From contig OZ024748.1 in assembly GCA_964016885.1 (NCBI GenBank), positions 20,398,001-20,462,000 of the forward strand: 64,000 bases of DNA, read 5' to 3'. Source of the DNA: Eledone cirrhosa (lineage: Eukaryota). Positions 25,865 through 39,152 of this stretch are shown piece by piece (within the stretch, counting starts at the first letter, position 1; every line of letters begins with the position of its first letter). Under the pieces are notes generated by a model, which was given only the letters and a program-made list of their open reading frames with translations, did not search any database and had not been told where the DNA came from. Position numbers and translations under genes: made by a program.

Positions 25865-26202
25865 GGAGGCACATGGCTTAGTGGTTAGAGCATTGGCCTT
25901 GCAATCGAAAGGTTGTGAGTTCAATTCTCAGACTGGGTGATGTGTTGTTTCCTTAAGCAAGACACTTTATTTCACATTGCTCCAGTTTACTCAGCTGTAG
26001 AAATGAGATGATAGGGACTGGGGTCCCTATCATTCCACTGCAAAGTGGTCGTGGAGGTGCCACAGAAAAAAGCACCCAGCACTCACTGTAAATGAGGTTG
26101 GTGTTAGGAAGGGCATCCAGCTGTAGAAATCAAGCCAGAATCAGTTCCCGTCCCACCCTTGCAAGCAGGGAAAAAGCGGACGGAAAATGAAATGATGATG
26201 AT
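25865..26202 (+). mobile_element. Full-length SINE family B
   Basis: Same consensus as 11657-11993; (TA)n on both sides. Confidence 0.88.
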
Positions 26203-26263
26203 ATATATATATATAGGTATGTATATATAACTTATTTCCTATATATATATATATATATATATG

Positions 26264-26583
26264 TCATCATCATCATCATCATTTTACATCTGCTTTTCCC
26301 TGCTTGCAAGGGTGGGACGGGTCCTATTCAGCACAGGATCTCTCCACTTGCCACGGTCCTTCGTCATCCCCTCTGTGAGCTTCAGCGATCTGAGGTCTGC
26401 TCTCACCACCTCCGCCCATGTTTTTTGTGGTCTTCCTGTACAGCGTCTTCCTTCTACTGGAATTTCTTGGCATCCTCCATGTGCATCACATGTCCATACC
26501 ATCGCACTCTTCTCTCCCGCACACTACAATTATCTCTCTTATACACAGTTTCTCACTCAACTCATCTATACTTGGTCGTTCCT
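26264..26583 (-). mobile_element. 3' fragment of a second RTE family
   Basis: Frame ...VEGRRCTGRPQKTWAEVVRADL...DRGKWR; (GAT)n tail. Confidence 0.8.
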
Positions 26584-26839
26584 ATATATATATATATATA
26601 TATATGTATAACTTATTTCATATATATATATATATCATTATGATTATTATACACCCACACACAGACATACACCCACACACAGACATACACAGACATACAG
26701 CCATACACACATACACAGTAGGGTACAGGATATAAGAATTCGATGAATTTCCTTTTCAGATATTTTATTTACATATACTTCAATGTTGGGCTTTAATAAG
26801 CACTTTCTCTCTCTCTGTCACACCCAAATACATACACAC

Positions 26840-28200
26840 ACATATGTGTGTGTGTATGTACGTTTGTGTGCATTAGAGACACACGTGTGTGTGTGTGTGT
26901 GTACGTTTGTGTGCATGAGAGACAGCCACATGTGTGTGTGTGTGTGTATGTACGTTTGTGTGCATGAGAGACAGACACGTGTGTGTGTGTATGTACGTTT
27001 GTGTGCATGAGACAGACACATATGTGTGTGTGTGTGTGTGTGTACGTTTGTGTGCGTGAGAGATACGCACATATGTGTGTGTGTGTGTACGTTTGTGTGC
27101 ATGAGAGACACACACGTGTGTGTGTGTACGTTTGTGTGCGTGAGAGATACACACATATGTGTGTGTGTGTGTGTGTGTACGTTTGTGTGCATGAGAGACA
27201 GACACATGTGTGTGTGTGTGTGTACGTTTGTGTGCATGAGAGAAAGACACATGTGTGTGTGTGTACGTTTGTGTGCATGAGAGACACACACATATGTGTG
27301 TGTGTGTGTGTACGTTTGTGTGCATGAGAGACAGACACGTGTGTGTGTGTGTACGTTTGTGTGCATGAGAGACAGACACATATGTGTGTGTGTGTGTACG
27401 TTTGTGTGCATGAGAGACACACACATATGTATGTGTGTGTGTGTACGTTTGTGTGCATGAGAGACAGACACATGTGTGTGTGTGTGTACGTTTGTGTGCA
27501 TGAGAGACACACACATATGTGTGTGTGTGTGTGTGTGTGTGTACGTTTGTGTGCATGAGAGAGACACACACGTGTGTGTATGTACGTTTGTGTGCATGAG
27601 AGACACACACACACGTGTGTGTATGTACGTTTGTGTGCATGAGAGACACACACATGTGTGTGTGTGTACGTTTGTGTGCGTGAGAGATACACACATATGT
27701 GTGTGTGTGTACGTTTGTGTGCATGAGAGACAGACACATGTGTGTGTACGTTTGTGTGCATGAGAGACAGACACATGTGTGTGTGTGTGTGTACGTTTGT
27801 GTGCATGAGAGACAGACACATATGTGTATGTGTGTGTACGTTTGTGTGCATGAGAGACAGACACATATGTGTGTGTGTGTGTGTGTACGTTTGTGTGCAT
27901 GAGAGAGAGACATATGTGTGTGTGTGTACGTTTGTGTGCATGAGAGACACACACATGTGTGTGTATGTACGTTTGTGTGCATGAGAGACACACACATATG
28001 TGTGTGTGTGTGTGTACGTTTGTGTGCATGAGAGACACACACATGTGTGTGTGTGTACGTTTGTGTGCATGAGAGACAGACACGTGTGTGTGTGTACTTT
28101 TGTGTGCACGAGAGACACGTGTGTGTGTGTGTGTACGTTTGTGTGCATGAGAGTGACACATATGTGTGTGCGTGTGTACGTTTGTGTGCATGAGACAGAC
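26840..28200. repeat. Compound minisatellite gtacgtttgtgtgcatgagagac plus (CA)/(GT)n
   Basis: About 30 units with variable dinucleotide parts. Confidence 0.95.
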
Positions 28201-28237
28201 AAAAAGAGAAAGACATGTATTTATATATCTGTATTAA

Positions 28238-28419
28238 ATAATTGTTTCTACTTTTGGCACAAGGCCAGCAATTACCCCAGTGCATTACTGGTACTTTATT
28301 TTATCAACCCTGTAAGGATGAAAGGCAAAGTTAACCTCGGTGGGATTTGAACTCAGATCGTAAAGGGCCGTAACTCTATGCTGCAAAGCATGGCGTCCGA
28401 CCCTCTACGACACTGCCAA
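28238..28419 (-). mobile_element. SINE family A
   Basis: Consensus match. Confidence 0.85.
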
Positions 28420-30374
28420 TGATGTTTACCCTCTACTAATATATCGGGTACCTTTTTAACTGTGGTTACCCCTGATCTCACTTGAAATCTACATATTACA
28501 CACAAATATTCATACATACATACACTCACACATTCATATACACATACACACACATACAAACACTCACACATTCATACATTCATTCACACACAGACACACA
28601 TAATCATACATACACACATTCACGCACACACACACATATATATATATATATACACACATACATATACTTATTTAACCATTTTGATACCAAACTGCTTTAA
28701 ATTGTCCATTGTTCTACAATACAAAGGCACTTATTTAAAAGTGTATATATTAATCTAAAACTCTTACATGAAATCATAATTTCATGTAAGAACCATTGTT
28801 ATGTTATGTTCCATACACCAGATATATAATGAAAAAAATAGTTATTTTACTTAATCCCTCTAAATCCATTATTTTCAAATTGTTATCCTTGATTTTATGT
28901 CCATCGTCCCCTGATGACATGGTTGCAGGGTTGTTACTTTCTGAGGCTAGACAGGTAAGATGATTACATCTTGCTCATATATTCCATATTGGGCATGGTT
29001 TCTATAATTAGATGCCCTTTCTAATATCAACCACGTTACAAGGGTGTACTGGGTGGAATTGTTTTGTAGCCCCAGCACGGCAACTTTACAGAGTGGACTG
29101 GGTGTGTTTTATCTTGGCATAGGCACTACGCATGATCTTTTCAAAATAATCTAGATATGATAGGCAGTGTTTTTCTTTTGCAATATGGTAACAATAGGCT
29201 TATATTGTAACAGTAGGGTGTGGTTTCAGAGAGATTTGGATTTTATTTCCTTGTTGGTTGCAGGAGCACGAATAAAAAGATTTCCTTCTTGGCTTTATCT
29301 TGTTATGAATAAATAAAGAAATTTAAGGACAGGCTCCTGAGATTTTATACTCTGACCAGACCAACTTTACCAGTCCAAAAATGTACAATGAGCAATAGAA
29401 GTGAGTTTCACTGATCTATAATTATACTTCAGGGTGGGGTAGACTAGAAACATTATAAAATTATGTGTAATAAGTTAACACCCAACTTGTTACCTGATGA
29501 AACAAACTTATTGTTATCATTGTTAAATGAAGTAAGCCCATGTGAGAAACCCACACACTACTTCTCCTTTACTTTCTCTCTGCTGTTAAAGCCACTACTA
29601 TCTATCAATCTTCACACACTAATTCACTGGTTCTTAAATATATATTTTTCTTTTTTGTAGCTTAAAGCTCCAGCATGTCACATTAGCAACAAATGTCAAC
29701 CATTTCATTACCATATTTCTTATCGAAGACACTGTCTACGATTTTAAAATAATCTAGAATTTAGAGGGATTCTTAAAAAATATAACTAAACTAAGATAGT
29801 GCTTGGAACATAACTTAACAAAGGTTCTTACGTAAAACTTTGATGGAAGGTTATTAAATAGATATGAAACAAACAATTTTGTATCATAAAAGCAGGGGTC
29901 ATTTGGTATCAAAACAGAAAAGATTATTTTCTCTGATGAAGCGGGAGTTTATCCTTGGGGAGAGGTGAATACGACATATACTTATAAGGTCTTTTCTGAG
30001 GAAGTGTTTTGCAGTCAGAAACCCTTCCGGGTATTAATTCTTTTAGTTACCTCTTATGACATGGAGGGCTGGGAAAAGGAGTACCTATTCTAAATGGGAA
30101 CCACACACACCACAAAAAAATATATTGACCCTATTCCCACCTAAATATATAAACATGTTTGATGTTAAGAAATATATAATATAAAACTGAGAAAAATTGC
30201 AACCAAATGATTCAAACTGCCACCCTTGTGGGGCATATGCCATATGTTTAGAAGCATTACTCTAGTTGCTTCTATGAGCATATTCATTCTGTAAATCAGC
30301 ATTATCATTACTGCTTAACATTTATTTTTCTCTTTACCAAAATTTAAAGATACTAACACTCAACTCTGTTTTAA

Positions 30375-30609
30375 GACCACACAGGCTGTGTTGGTTTGAA
30401 CATCTGAATTGTGTGGCCCCTAGTAGATGAAGAAGGAAGGGTTCATGTAAGACCTGAAAAAAGGTAATCAGAAATGTTCTGAAAGCCTGGAACCTTGACC
30501 AAAACCTATCCCTGGAATGAACACTCTGGAAAGATGCTTTGAAAGAGGCTACCAAAACGTCCAATGCTTGTAACAAGTAAAAAAGACCTTAAACTAGATG
30601 ATGATGATG
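30375..30609 (+). mobile_element. Old degenerate RTE 3' end
   Basis: RLCWFEHL-like and G..KT* remnants; (GAT)n tail. Confidence 0.45.
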
Positions 30610-31191
30610 CTTACAGGGGTTAGATGGGTTGTCTAATAAGTGAAATCAGTCAAAGAATTAAAAATGTCACTATTAATATACCTCTGGGTGTGGGTTGATA
30701 AAAACAAACCCTAATAAGAAATATCTTTCTTAAACTTTCTGATATAAAACCTTTCTGAAAACATCTCATTTGTTTCAAAGTGCTCATATTTATATTTAAA
30801 CTTTCCATTACAATTCATTTTCAAGAAAATTTTGTTAAGTCAGGTTTCAAACGCCAGCTTAAAAATGAAAAAAAAAAAAGAAGTTACATTACAAAATCGC
30901 TCAAAATTCTTGATTATTTTCAAAATGATTTGAAATCATAGCATAGATTCTGTTTTTCATTAGAAATATGCAAAAGAGCCCATCATTGCAGGGCACACCT
31001 TTCACCACTGCAGATAAAGATCCCCCTCTCTCATCAATAAGGCCATTTTTAAATAGCCCCAGAACTCTGCTATTTTAGCTCCAGAAGCTAAATAACCAAT
31101 GTATCAAATTTGAACAAAATCGGATGGAAACTGTGGAAATGCATCACCTGCATACATACATACATACATACATTTTCATTTATATATACAT

Positions 31192-31703
31192 ATCATCATC
31201 TTTTAACGTCTATCTTCCACGCTAGCATGGGTTAGATGGGAATTGTCTCACTTGAGGCAAGATTGGTTGGGTGACCGAGTCTCGCTCATATAGGACTGTA
31301 TCTGGCAGGTTTTCTATGGATGGATGCGCTTCCTAACACCAACCACATTTACAATATATATATTGGAGGCACATGGCTTAGTGGTTAGAGCATTGGCCTT
31401 GCAATCGAAAGGTTGTGAGTTCAATTCTCAGACTGGGTGATGTGTTGTTTCCTTGAGCAAGACACTTTATTTCACATTGCTACAGTTTACTCAGCTGTAG
31501 AAATGAGGTGATAGGGACTGGGGTCCATATCATACCACTGCAAAGTGGTCGTGGAGGTGCCACGGCAAAAAAGCACCCAGCACTCACTGTAAATGAGGTT
31601 GGTGTTAGGAAGGGCATCCAGGTGTAGAAATCAAGCCAGCATCAGTTCCCATCCCACCCTTGCAAGCAGGGAAAAAGCGGATGTAAAATGAAATGATGAT
31701 GAT
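31192..31703. mobile_element. RTE tail fragment (31192-31353, minus) and SINE family B (31365-31703, plus)
   Basis: Consensus matches. Confidence 0.82.
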
Positions 31704-32158
31704 GAATGATAATATTCTTTTACTGGTTTCAGACATTGGAGTGTAACTATGTTGGGGCATCACCTTCAAACACAAAAGCACAATAGAATCAAATCAGATG
31801 AGGATGATGTTGAACATTATGATGGTGACTAATCCTAAAAGAGAAGGGTTGGATATTATTCCAGGTCAAGAAAGTCACGTAAGACAATGTGTGTAAGCCT
31901 GAATAACTGTGAACAATTCTGTAACTTCATAAAATTCATTCTTTCTGAGATGCCTATATACATATATATACATCTATGTATGTATGTATACACTGATGTA
32001 ACCATATATATACAAATACATACACATATAACCATATATATACAAATACATACACATATAACCATATATATATACAAATACATACATACACATATAACCA
32101 TATATATACAAATACATACATACACATATAACCATATATATATATATATATATATATG

Positions 32159-33139
32159 TAGGAGGTGAGTTTTATTGTAGTACAATAAAGCAATGCAGAT
32201 ATCGGATAAGAAGCACTCTACAGTTTGTGGGACTGGAGTATGCATAATATAAGATCAAAAGATGGTTAAAGGAGTTCAATATATTTTATTATGCGCATTT
32301 CAAAAACAAACATCATCAAACAATAATATTTGTGTTTTCATCAGATAAAACAGGAGAACATGATATGAAGGCTAAAAAAACACTTGTTGATAGTGCAGTT
32401 TTAAATCAACATATGAAAAGTGGTTTTAGATTGATGTGTGATATTGGGAAAAATATTTTATTTAGAGAGGGGGGGAGAGAAAAGGATGAAAAGGGAAGGA
32501 GATGAGAGGGAGAGATGGGTGATAGAGAGAAAGAGATAGTTTTTATAACTGAGAGGAGATATATTTTATATAGAGGGGTTGAAAACCGTTGGAAGATACT
32601 GTATAAATTAAAAATTTTGAAAATTAACGAAGGGAGGATATGTGCGAGGAAAAAATATATTATATTTAGGGAGGGGGGGGGGTGGAAAGGATGAAAAAAA
32701 GGGGAGGAGATGAGAGTGAAGGTGGAAAGGGAGAGATGGGTGATAGAGAGAAAGAGATAGTTTTTATAACTGAGAAAAAGATATAATGTTTTAATATAGA
32801 GAGGTTGGGAACCCCTCTATATAAAATATATCTCTCAGTTATAAAAACTATCTCTTTCTCTCTATCACCCATCTCTCCCTCTCATCTCCTTCCCTTTTCA
32901 TCCTTTTCTCTCCCCCCCTCTCTAAATAAAATATTTTTCCCAATATCACACATCAATCTAAAACCACTTTTCATATGTTGATTTAAAACTGCACTATCAA
33001 CAAGTGTTTTTTTAGCCTTCATATCATGTTCTGTTTTATCTGATGAAAACACAAATATTATTGTTTGATGATGTTTGTTTTTGAAATGCGCATAATAAAA
33101 TATATTGAACTCCTTTAACCATCTTTTGATCTTATATTA
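32159..33139. mobile_element. Large fold-back Penelope-like terminus with two hammerheads
   Basis: About 330-bp near-identical inverted arms 32246-32580 / 32811-33139 between (TA)n tracts. Confidence 0.78.
33034..33100 (+). ncRNA. Minimal type I hammerhead ribozyme (mirror copy 32284-32350, minus strand)
   Basis: UUUUAU CUGAUGA [long stem II aaacacaaauauuauu/gaugauguuuguuuuu] GAAAU GCGC AUA AUAAAA. Confidence 0.85.
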
Positions 33140-33208
33140 TATATATATATATATATACATACACATATAACCATATATATATACAAATACATACATACCC
33201 ATATAACC

Positions 33209-33239
<31 letters not shown>

Positions 33240-33288
33240 CATACACATATAACCATATATATATACAAATACATACATACACATATAA

Positions 33289-33326
<38 letters not shown>

Positions 33327-33586
33327 CGGCGATGAATTAGTTTTGCGAGGTGTTGGAAGGACACATCCAACACTTCATCAACCGCATGCAGTTCTCTGGC
33401 TACAACCAAAGAGACAGAGTCAGAGTATACGAAGGAGCCATGGAAAAGTATAAGACCCTCATAGAACTGGACATGAAAGGAATTTGCCCATTATACAGGA
33501 GCAAATCATGAAATAGCTTAGATAGGGCTAGACATAAGATAGGGAAGGCCACATCATGGTACGACAACCAGAGATATCAGAGTGTC

Positions 33587-34138
33587 ATGTTTGTGGACGC
33601 CACCCCTGGAGGGAAATTAGCTAACCAGTGTAGAAAGGCCCTGAGAAAGACCCACTTAAAAATTAAGGTGGTAGAAAAGCCAGGAACCACCATAAAATCC
33701 CTGATCAGCAAAACCTACCCTTTTAAGAAAACCCACTGTACCAATAGGAAATGTATCATTTGTAAGGTGAACCCCCGGATAAACTGTAAAACTAGAAACG
33801 TAGTCTATAGCATAAGATGTACAGAGGGTACTTGCAGAAACATGACAACAACATACATAGGTGAGACAGCTCGTAGTATAAGTGAAAGGATAGACCAACA
33901 CTGGGGGGAACTAAAAGGACGAAAAAACGGGTCAGTACTATACGAACATGCTAGACAACATGACGGTAACATAGACAACATAGAAATTAGAATAATATCT
34001 AAACATAGGAATGACCCAGCAGATAGGCAAATCAGAGAGGCCAGTGAAATAGAAATTAGAAGACCAAAGCTAAACAGAAAGAATGAGTGGAACAACAACA
34101 ACACCCAAACAAACAACACTGACCTAAGAGAAGTATAA
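33587..34138 (+). CDS. GIY-YIG endonuclease domain of a Penelope-like element
   Basis: VVY...YIGET.R, catalytic R/H/E/N pattern, Cys-rich linker. Confidence 0.85.
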   Translation: MFVDATPGGKLANQCRKALRKTHLKIKVVEKPGTTIKSLISKTYPFKKTHCTNRKCIICKVNPRINCKTRNVVYSIRCTEGTCRNMTTTYIGETARSISERIDQHWGELKGRKNGSVLYEHARQHDGNIDNIEIRIISKHRNDPADRQIREASEIEIRRPKLNRKNEWNNNNTQTNNTDLREV

Positions 34139-34396
34139 ATAAGTAAATAAAATTAAATAAAATAAGATAAATAAATACATACACAAGCACATAAACACAC
34201 ACTAGTCACCCAGCAGACACAACACTATACACACTAGTCACACATCACACTATACACACACGCAAACGCATGCGCAAAGAAGACAAAATAAAATAAGATA
34301 AACAAACAAGCAAATAAATAAATAAATATATAGACAGACTGAACAAAAAAAAAAAATGGCGTAGACATACAACACAACAGGAGGAACAATTAATAT

Positions 34397-34440
34397 AACA
34401 CCACTGACGATGTTGCAGATGTGCAACGAAAGATTTATGT
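34397..34440 (+). ncRNA. Hammerhead-like motif in the Penelope 3' region (partly degenerate)
   Basis: CUGACGA u GUUGCA gaug UGCAAC GAAA GAUU UA; perfect stem II, weak stem I. Confidence 0.55.
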
Positions 34441-34761
34441 AAATTATGTAAACTATATATATGTGTTTGTGTCTATATTGTATCTGTATTATTTTTGACC
34501 GCCGGTCAGTCAATGGCAACATTGAGGACCGAGTAAGTTAGATCGCAGATATATATATATAAAAGACAGCGAGAAGCGAAAACCAACCAAACAGTGAGTG
34601 TGTTCTGTTATTAATTCTGGCAATATTACGCAAATATGACCCTCCCCAAATATAACAATATATATATATACATACACATATAACCATATATATACAAATA
34701 CATACATACACATATAACCATATATATACAAATACATACATACATACATACACATATAACC

Positions 34762-34792
<31 letters not shown>

Positions 34793-35639
34793 CATACACA
34801 TATATAAATATATATATACATACATACACATTCACACACACATATATAAATACACACACATGTAATCATATATACAAATACATACACACACATGTAACCA
34901 CATATATAAAAATACATACAAGCACATGTAACCATGTATATATACATACACTCACACATATATATATATCAGACACACACACACATACAGACAGAGAAGT
35001 GTGTGTATGTGTATGTATATGTCTATGCATGTGTGTGTAAAAATGCTTTAGTGTGTCATGTGCTATGTGTGTTGGACATCCATTAGTTCCAGTGATGATT
35101 GTTTTAGTTGTTTGACCAATTAACTGTTCAACAAAAGAGAGGTTGATGAAATAAGTAGTAGACTTGAGAAATATATGTTGTGGGACTGACAATCAACTAA
35201 AGACTTTTAAGGTTGTGCCCCAGCATGGCCGCAGTCTAATAACTGAAACCTCCTTCTTCACCCACTTATTCCTGAAAGTGTCATGGGGCCAGAGTCCTCT
35301 CCCACTTATTTCTGAGAAGGTCGAGGGGTCAGAGTCCCCCTTCCCCAACTTATTCCTGAGAGGGTCTTGAGGGCAGAGTCCTCAAACATTCCTTCCATCG
35401 AGTCCTATCAGAAGCAACCATCTCCAATTGATCCAGCTGGATTCCCAAGTGAAACCAACCATGCTGATAGATGTTATCCAAACATTAAAAAAATAATAGA
35501 AACCCTCAAAGAGAGAAAACTAAAATATTTTGAAAATTTAATTAGCTAAAAATGGTTTGTGGTCTACAGTTGCTGTTAACAGAGGGCAACATGAATTAGA
35601 ATAGAGGAAGAATAAACCAGGAATTATGTTGATGGATAA

Positions 35640-36842
35640 TATTGGTTTCTTATATAGGCACAAGGCCAGCAATTTTGGGGGAGGGGAACGTCGATTAAAT
35701 CGACCCCAGTACGTTACTGGTACTTTGCCTTTCATCCTTATGGGGTCGATAAAATAAAGTTAACCTTGGCAGGATTTGAACTTAGATCATAAAGGGCCGT
35801 AACTCTATACTGCAAAGCATGGCATCCGACCCTCCACCGATATTGCCTATCCAACAGACTTGACCCTTTCATTATGTCGTAGTGCACCTGAGAACTGTAC
35901 ACAATAATTTTCATTGTTATTAGGGCGGTGGATTGGCAGTAACGGTAGAGCGTCGGACACCATGCTTTGCAGCATAGAGTTATGGCCCTTCCTGATCTGA
36001 GTTCAAATCCAGCCGAGGTTAACTTTGCCTTTCATCCTTACGGGGTCGATAAAATAAAGTACCAGTCAAGCACTGGGGTCGATTAAATCGACTTTCCCCC
36101 TCCACCAAAATTGCTGGCCTTGTGCCTAAATAAGAAACCATTATTATTATTAACACATTTGGTGGATTGGCAGTATCTGTAGAGAATCAGAGCCATGCTT
36201 TGCAGCATAGAGTTACGTCCCTTTATGATCTAAGTTCAAATCCCGCCGAGGTTAACTTTGCCTTTCATCCTTACGGGGTCGATAAAATAAAGTACCAGTA
36301 ATGTACTGGGTAATTGCTGGCCTTGTGCCTAAAATAGAAACAATTATTATTAACACATTTTTAATTAAATGTGCTGCCTATGTTTTTTTAATTAATGTAG
36401 AAAATAATCAATCATTTTGTGAGATTAAGAAAAGAAGAATTTTCTCATTATTAAGCTGGTTTGAGGGCAGTAGATAAGTGGATTGGCAGTATCGGTAGAG
36501 CGTCAGACACCATGCTTTGCAGCACAGAGTTGTGGCCATTTACGTTCTGAGTTCAAATCCCGCCGAGGTTAATTTTGCCTTTCATCCTTACGGAGTTGGT
36601 AAAATAAAGTACCAGTAATGCACTGGGGTAATTGCTGGCCTTGCGCCAAAAGTATAAAAAATTATTATTGTTAACACATTTTTAATTAAATGCACTGCCT
36701 ATGTGTTTTTAATTAATGTTGAAAATAGTCAAATACTTTGTGAGATTAAGAAAAGAAGACTTTTCTCATTATTAAGCTGGTTTAAGGGTAATAGGTGGGC
36801 TGTAATTGGTAGAGTGTTAGACAACATGCTTTGTGGCATATA
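35640..36842. mobile_element. Cluster of SINE family A copies including a roughly 320-bp tandem duplication
   Basis: Copies at 35640-35852 (-), 35922-36145, 36161-36350, 36478-36667 (+); flank 36350-36462 repeated at 36671-36783. Confidence 0.85.
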
Positions 36843-36846
36843 GTAA

Positions 36847-38501
36847 TGAGATATACCACCTGGACTGGGGTGTAGAGTCTCTCACTCTCTACCACAGCTG
36901 AGATATACCACCTGGACTGGGGTGTAGAGTCTCTCACTCCTTACCTCAGCTGAGATATACCACCTGGACTGGGGTGTAGAGTCTGTCACTCTCTACCACA
37001 GCTGAGATATACCACCTGGACTGGGGTGTAGAGTCTGTCATTCTCTACCACAGCTGAGATATACCACCTGGACTGGGGTGTAGAGTCTCTCACTCCTTAC
37101 CACAGCTGAGATATACCACCTGGACTGGGGTGTAGAGTCTGTCACTCTCTACCACAGCTGAGATATACCACCTGGACTGGGGTGTAGAGTCTCTCACTCC
37201 TTACCTCAGCTGAGATATACCACCTGGACTGGGGTGTAGAGTCTGTCACTCTCTACCACAGCTGAGATATACCACCTGGACTGGGGTGTAGAGTCTCTCA
37301 CTCCTTACCACAGCTGAGATATACCACCTGAACTGGGGTGTAGAGTCTCTCACTCCTAACCACAGCTGAGATATACCACCTGAACTGGGGTGTAGAGTCT
37401 GTCATTCTCTACCACAGCTGAGATATACCACCTGGACTGGGGTGTAGAGTCTCTCACTCCTTACCACAGCTGAGATATACCACCTGAACTGGGGTGTAGA
37501 GTCTGTCACTCCTAACCACAGCTGAGATATACCACCTGGACTGGGGTGTAGAGTCTGTCACTCCCTACCTCAGCTGAGATATACCACCTGGACTGGGGTG
37601 TAGAGTCTGTCACTCCCTACCTCAGCTGAGATATACCACCTGAACTGGGGTGTAGAGTCTCTCACTCCTAACCACAGCTGAGATATACCACCTGGACTGG
37701 GGTGTAGAGTCTGTCACTCCTAACCACAGCTGAGATATACCACCTGGACTGGGGTGTAGAGTCTGTCACTCCCTACCTCAGCTGAGATATACCACCTAGA
37801 CTGGGGTGTAGAGTCTGTCACTCCCTACCTCAGCTGAGATATACCACCTAGACTGGGGTGTAGAGTCTGTCACTCCCTACCTCAGCTGAGATATACCACC
37901 TGGACTGGGGTGTAGAGTCTGTCACTCCCTACCTCAGCTGAGATATACCACCTAGACTGGGGTGTAGAGTCTGTCACTCCCTACCTCAGCTGAGATATAC
38001 CACCTAGACTGGGGTGTAGAGTCTGTCACTCCCTACCTCAGCTGAGATATACCACCTGGACTGGGGTGTAGAGTCTGTCACTCCCTACCTCAGCTGAGAT
38101 ATACCACCTAGACTGGGGTGTAGAGTCTGTCACTCCCTACCACAGCTGAGATATACCACCTGAACTGGGGTGTAGAGTCTCTCACTCCTAACCACAGCTG
38201 AGATATACCACCTGGACTGGGGTGTAGAGTCTGTCACTCCCTACCTCAGCTGAGATATACCACCTAGACTGGGGTGTAGAGTCTGTCACTCCCTACCACA
38301 GCTGAGATATACCACCTAGACTGGGGTGTAGAGTCTGTCACTCCCTACCTCAGCTGAGATATACCACCTGGACTGGGGTGTAGAGTCTGTCACTCCCTAC
38401 CTCAGCTGAGATATATCACCTGGATTGGGGTGTAGAGTCTGTCATTCTCTACCACAGCTGAGATATACCACCTAGACTGGGGTGAATAGTCTGTCACTCC
38501 C
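36847..38501. repeat. 52-bp minisatellite, about 32 copies
   Basis: Unit gagatataccacctggactggggtgtagagtctgtcactccctacctcagct. Confidence 0.97.
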
Positions 38502-39038
38502 TCGTCCTTCCTCTACCCCTTATCTTTCTTTTTCTTTTATTATTGCGAACATTGTATAATCTAACAGAGAATGTTATATACAGTGAATGTAGGAGGAGAA
38601 CATAAGACTGAGATGACATCCTCGCCCCCCTCCTCTGCTAGTATACAGCTTGGTGAGAACAGAGGATACCTGATGACAACAAACATACATTCCTAGCACT
38701 CCTTACAGATACTTAATTCTTCAGATTCTTTAGTTATATATATAAACATATATATATATATATATACACATGTATACATACATATATACCTATATATATA
38801 TCTATATATATACATACATACATATATACCTATATATATATCTATATATATACATACATACATATATACCTATATATATATATATATATATACATACATA
38901 TATACCTATATATATATATATCTATATCTATATATATATATATATATATATACATACATATATACCTATATATATATATAGTGGCGATGAATTAATTCTG
39001 GCAATATTACACAAATATGACCCTCCCCAAGTATAACA

Positions 39039-39109
<71 letters not shown>

Positions 39110-39152
39110 CATATATACCTATATATATATATACATATATCTATATCTATAT

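Larger units (their letters stand above)
33326..34658 (+). mobile_element. 5'-truncated Penelope-like element (RT thumb, Cys-rich linker, GIY-YIG endonuclease), possibly Naiad-type
   Basis: Frame 33341-34138 with one in-frame TGA at 33509: RMQFSGY..PLYR..SWY..FVDATPGGKLA..CxxxxCxxC..NVVYSIRC..YIGETAR..R..H..E..I..P.LN; both ends in (TA)n. Confidence 0.88.

Noticed and set aside
25865-25940. tRNA gene
   Set aside because: tRNA-like head of a multi-copy SINE; no complete cloverleaf and it continues into CORE and LINE tail
26793-28350. Long His/Thr/Cys ORFs
   Set aside because: Translations of a (GT)n-based minisatellite
33509-33511. In-frame TGA as selenocysteine (reported for some Naiad elements)
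   Set aside because: Falls in PLYRSKS*, where Trp is more plausible (TGG>TGA); the Cys codons are ordinary and no SECIS could be identified by eye
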